DNA of 64,000 nucleotides from Podospora anserina (Eukaryota): NCBI GenBank assembly GCA_017654855.1, contig CM030337.1, positions 3,286,001 to 3,350,000 of the forward strand, read 5' to 3'. Shown piece by piece: positions 63,796 to 64,000 of this stretch (position 1 is its first letter; each line of letters starts with the position of its first letter). The notes under the pieces were generated by a model. It saw only the letters and a program-made list of their open reading frames with translations, ran no database searches and was not told where the DNA came from. The position numbers and the translations under genes were made by a program.

Positions 63796-64000
63796 CTCAA
63801 GTTACCTACATGGGTGGTTTGGGCATTCCCATCAGAAATGCCCCTAGGGATGGCTCTTTGCCGGTTCCAGTTGTGAGGCTCTCGAGATGGCTTGTCTTGT
63901 CAAAATTCCTTTCATTTCATGTCTTTTATCTTTCTTTTCTGTCTCCTCCATGTAGTTCGTACACACGTAGCTTAGTCTTATTGCTCTTCATTCCCTCTCT

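Overview
Eukaryotic, intron-containing filamentous-ascomycete DNA. Short GT..CTRAY..YAG introns, solo LTRs and G/C-run codon style suggest Sordariales, possibly Podospora-like (inference). From left to right: (1) the end of a probable secondary-metabolism/detoxification cluster (GMC oxidoreductase, Zn2Cys6 factor, aldo-keto reductase, CYP52-like P450) interleaved with solo LTRs and gene relics; (2) a NACHT-ankyrin NLR; (3) MAPEG, PEBP, FAD monooxygenase, secreted carboxylesterase, a small myristoylation-motif triple Cys3His protein, a LysM/CBM18 protein, a lectin-like membrane protein and a second P450; (4) conserved genes (Utp30/Cic1-like, Tos4-like, PPT1, GFA, TmpA-like); (5) a ~12 kb gene-poor island; (6) a PEX11-like gene. 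The island holds the most interesting candidate: a co-oriented pair made of an intronless 491-aa protein with MACPF/CDC-like pore-former topology and a spliced 177-aa PD-(D/E)XK-like nuclease that the ORF track splits in two. All family calls come from motif recognition by eye; no searches were run.
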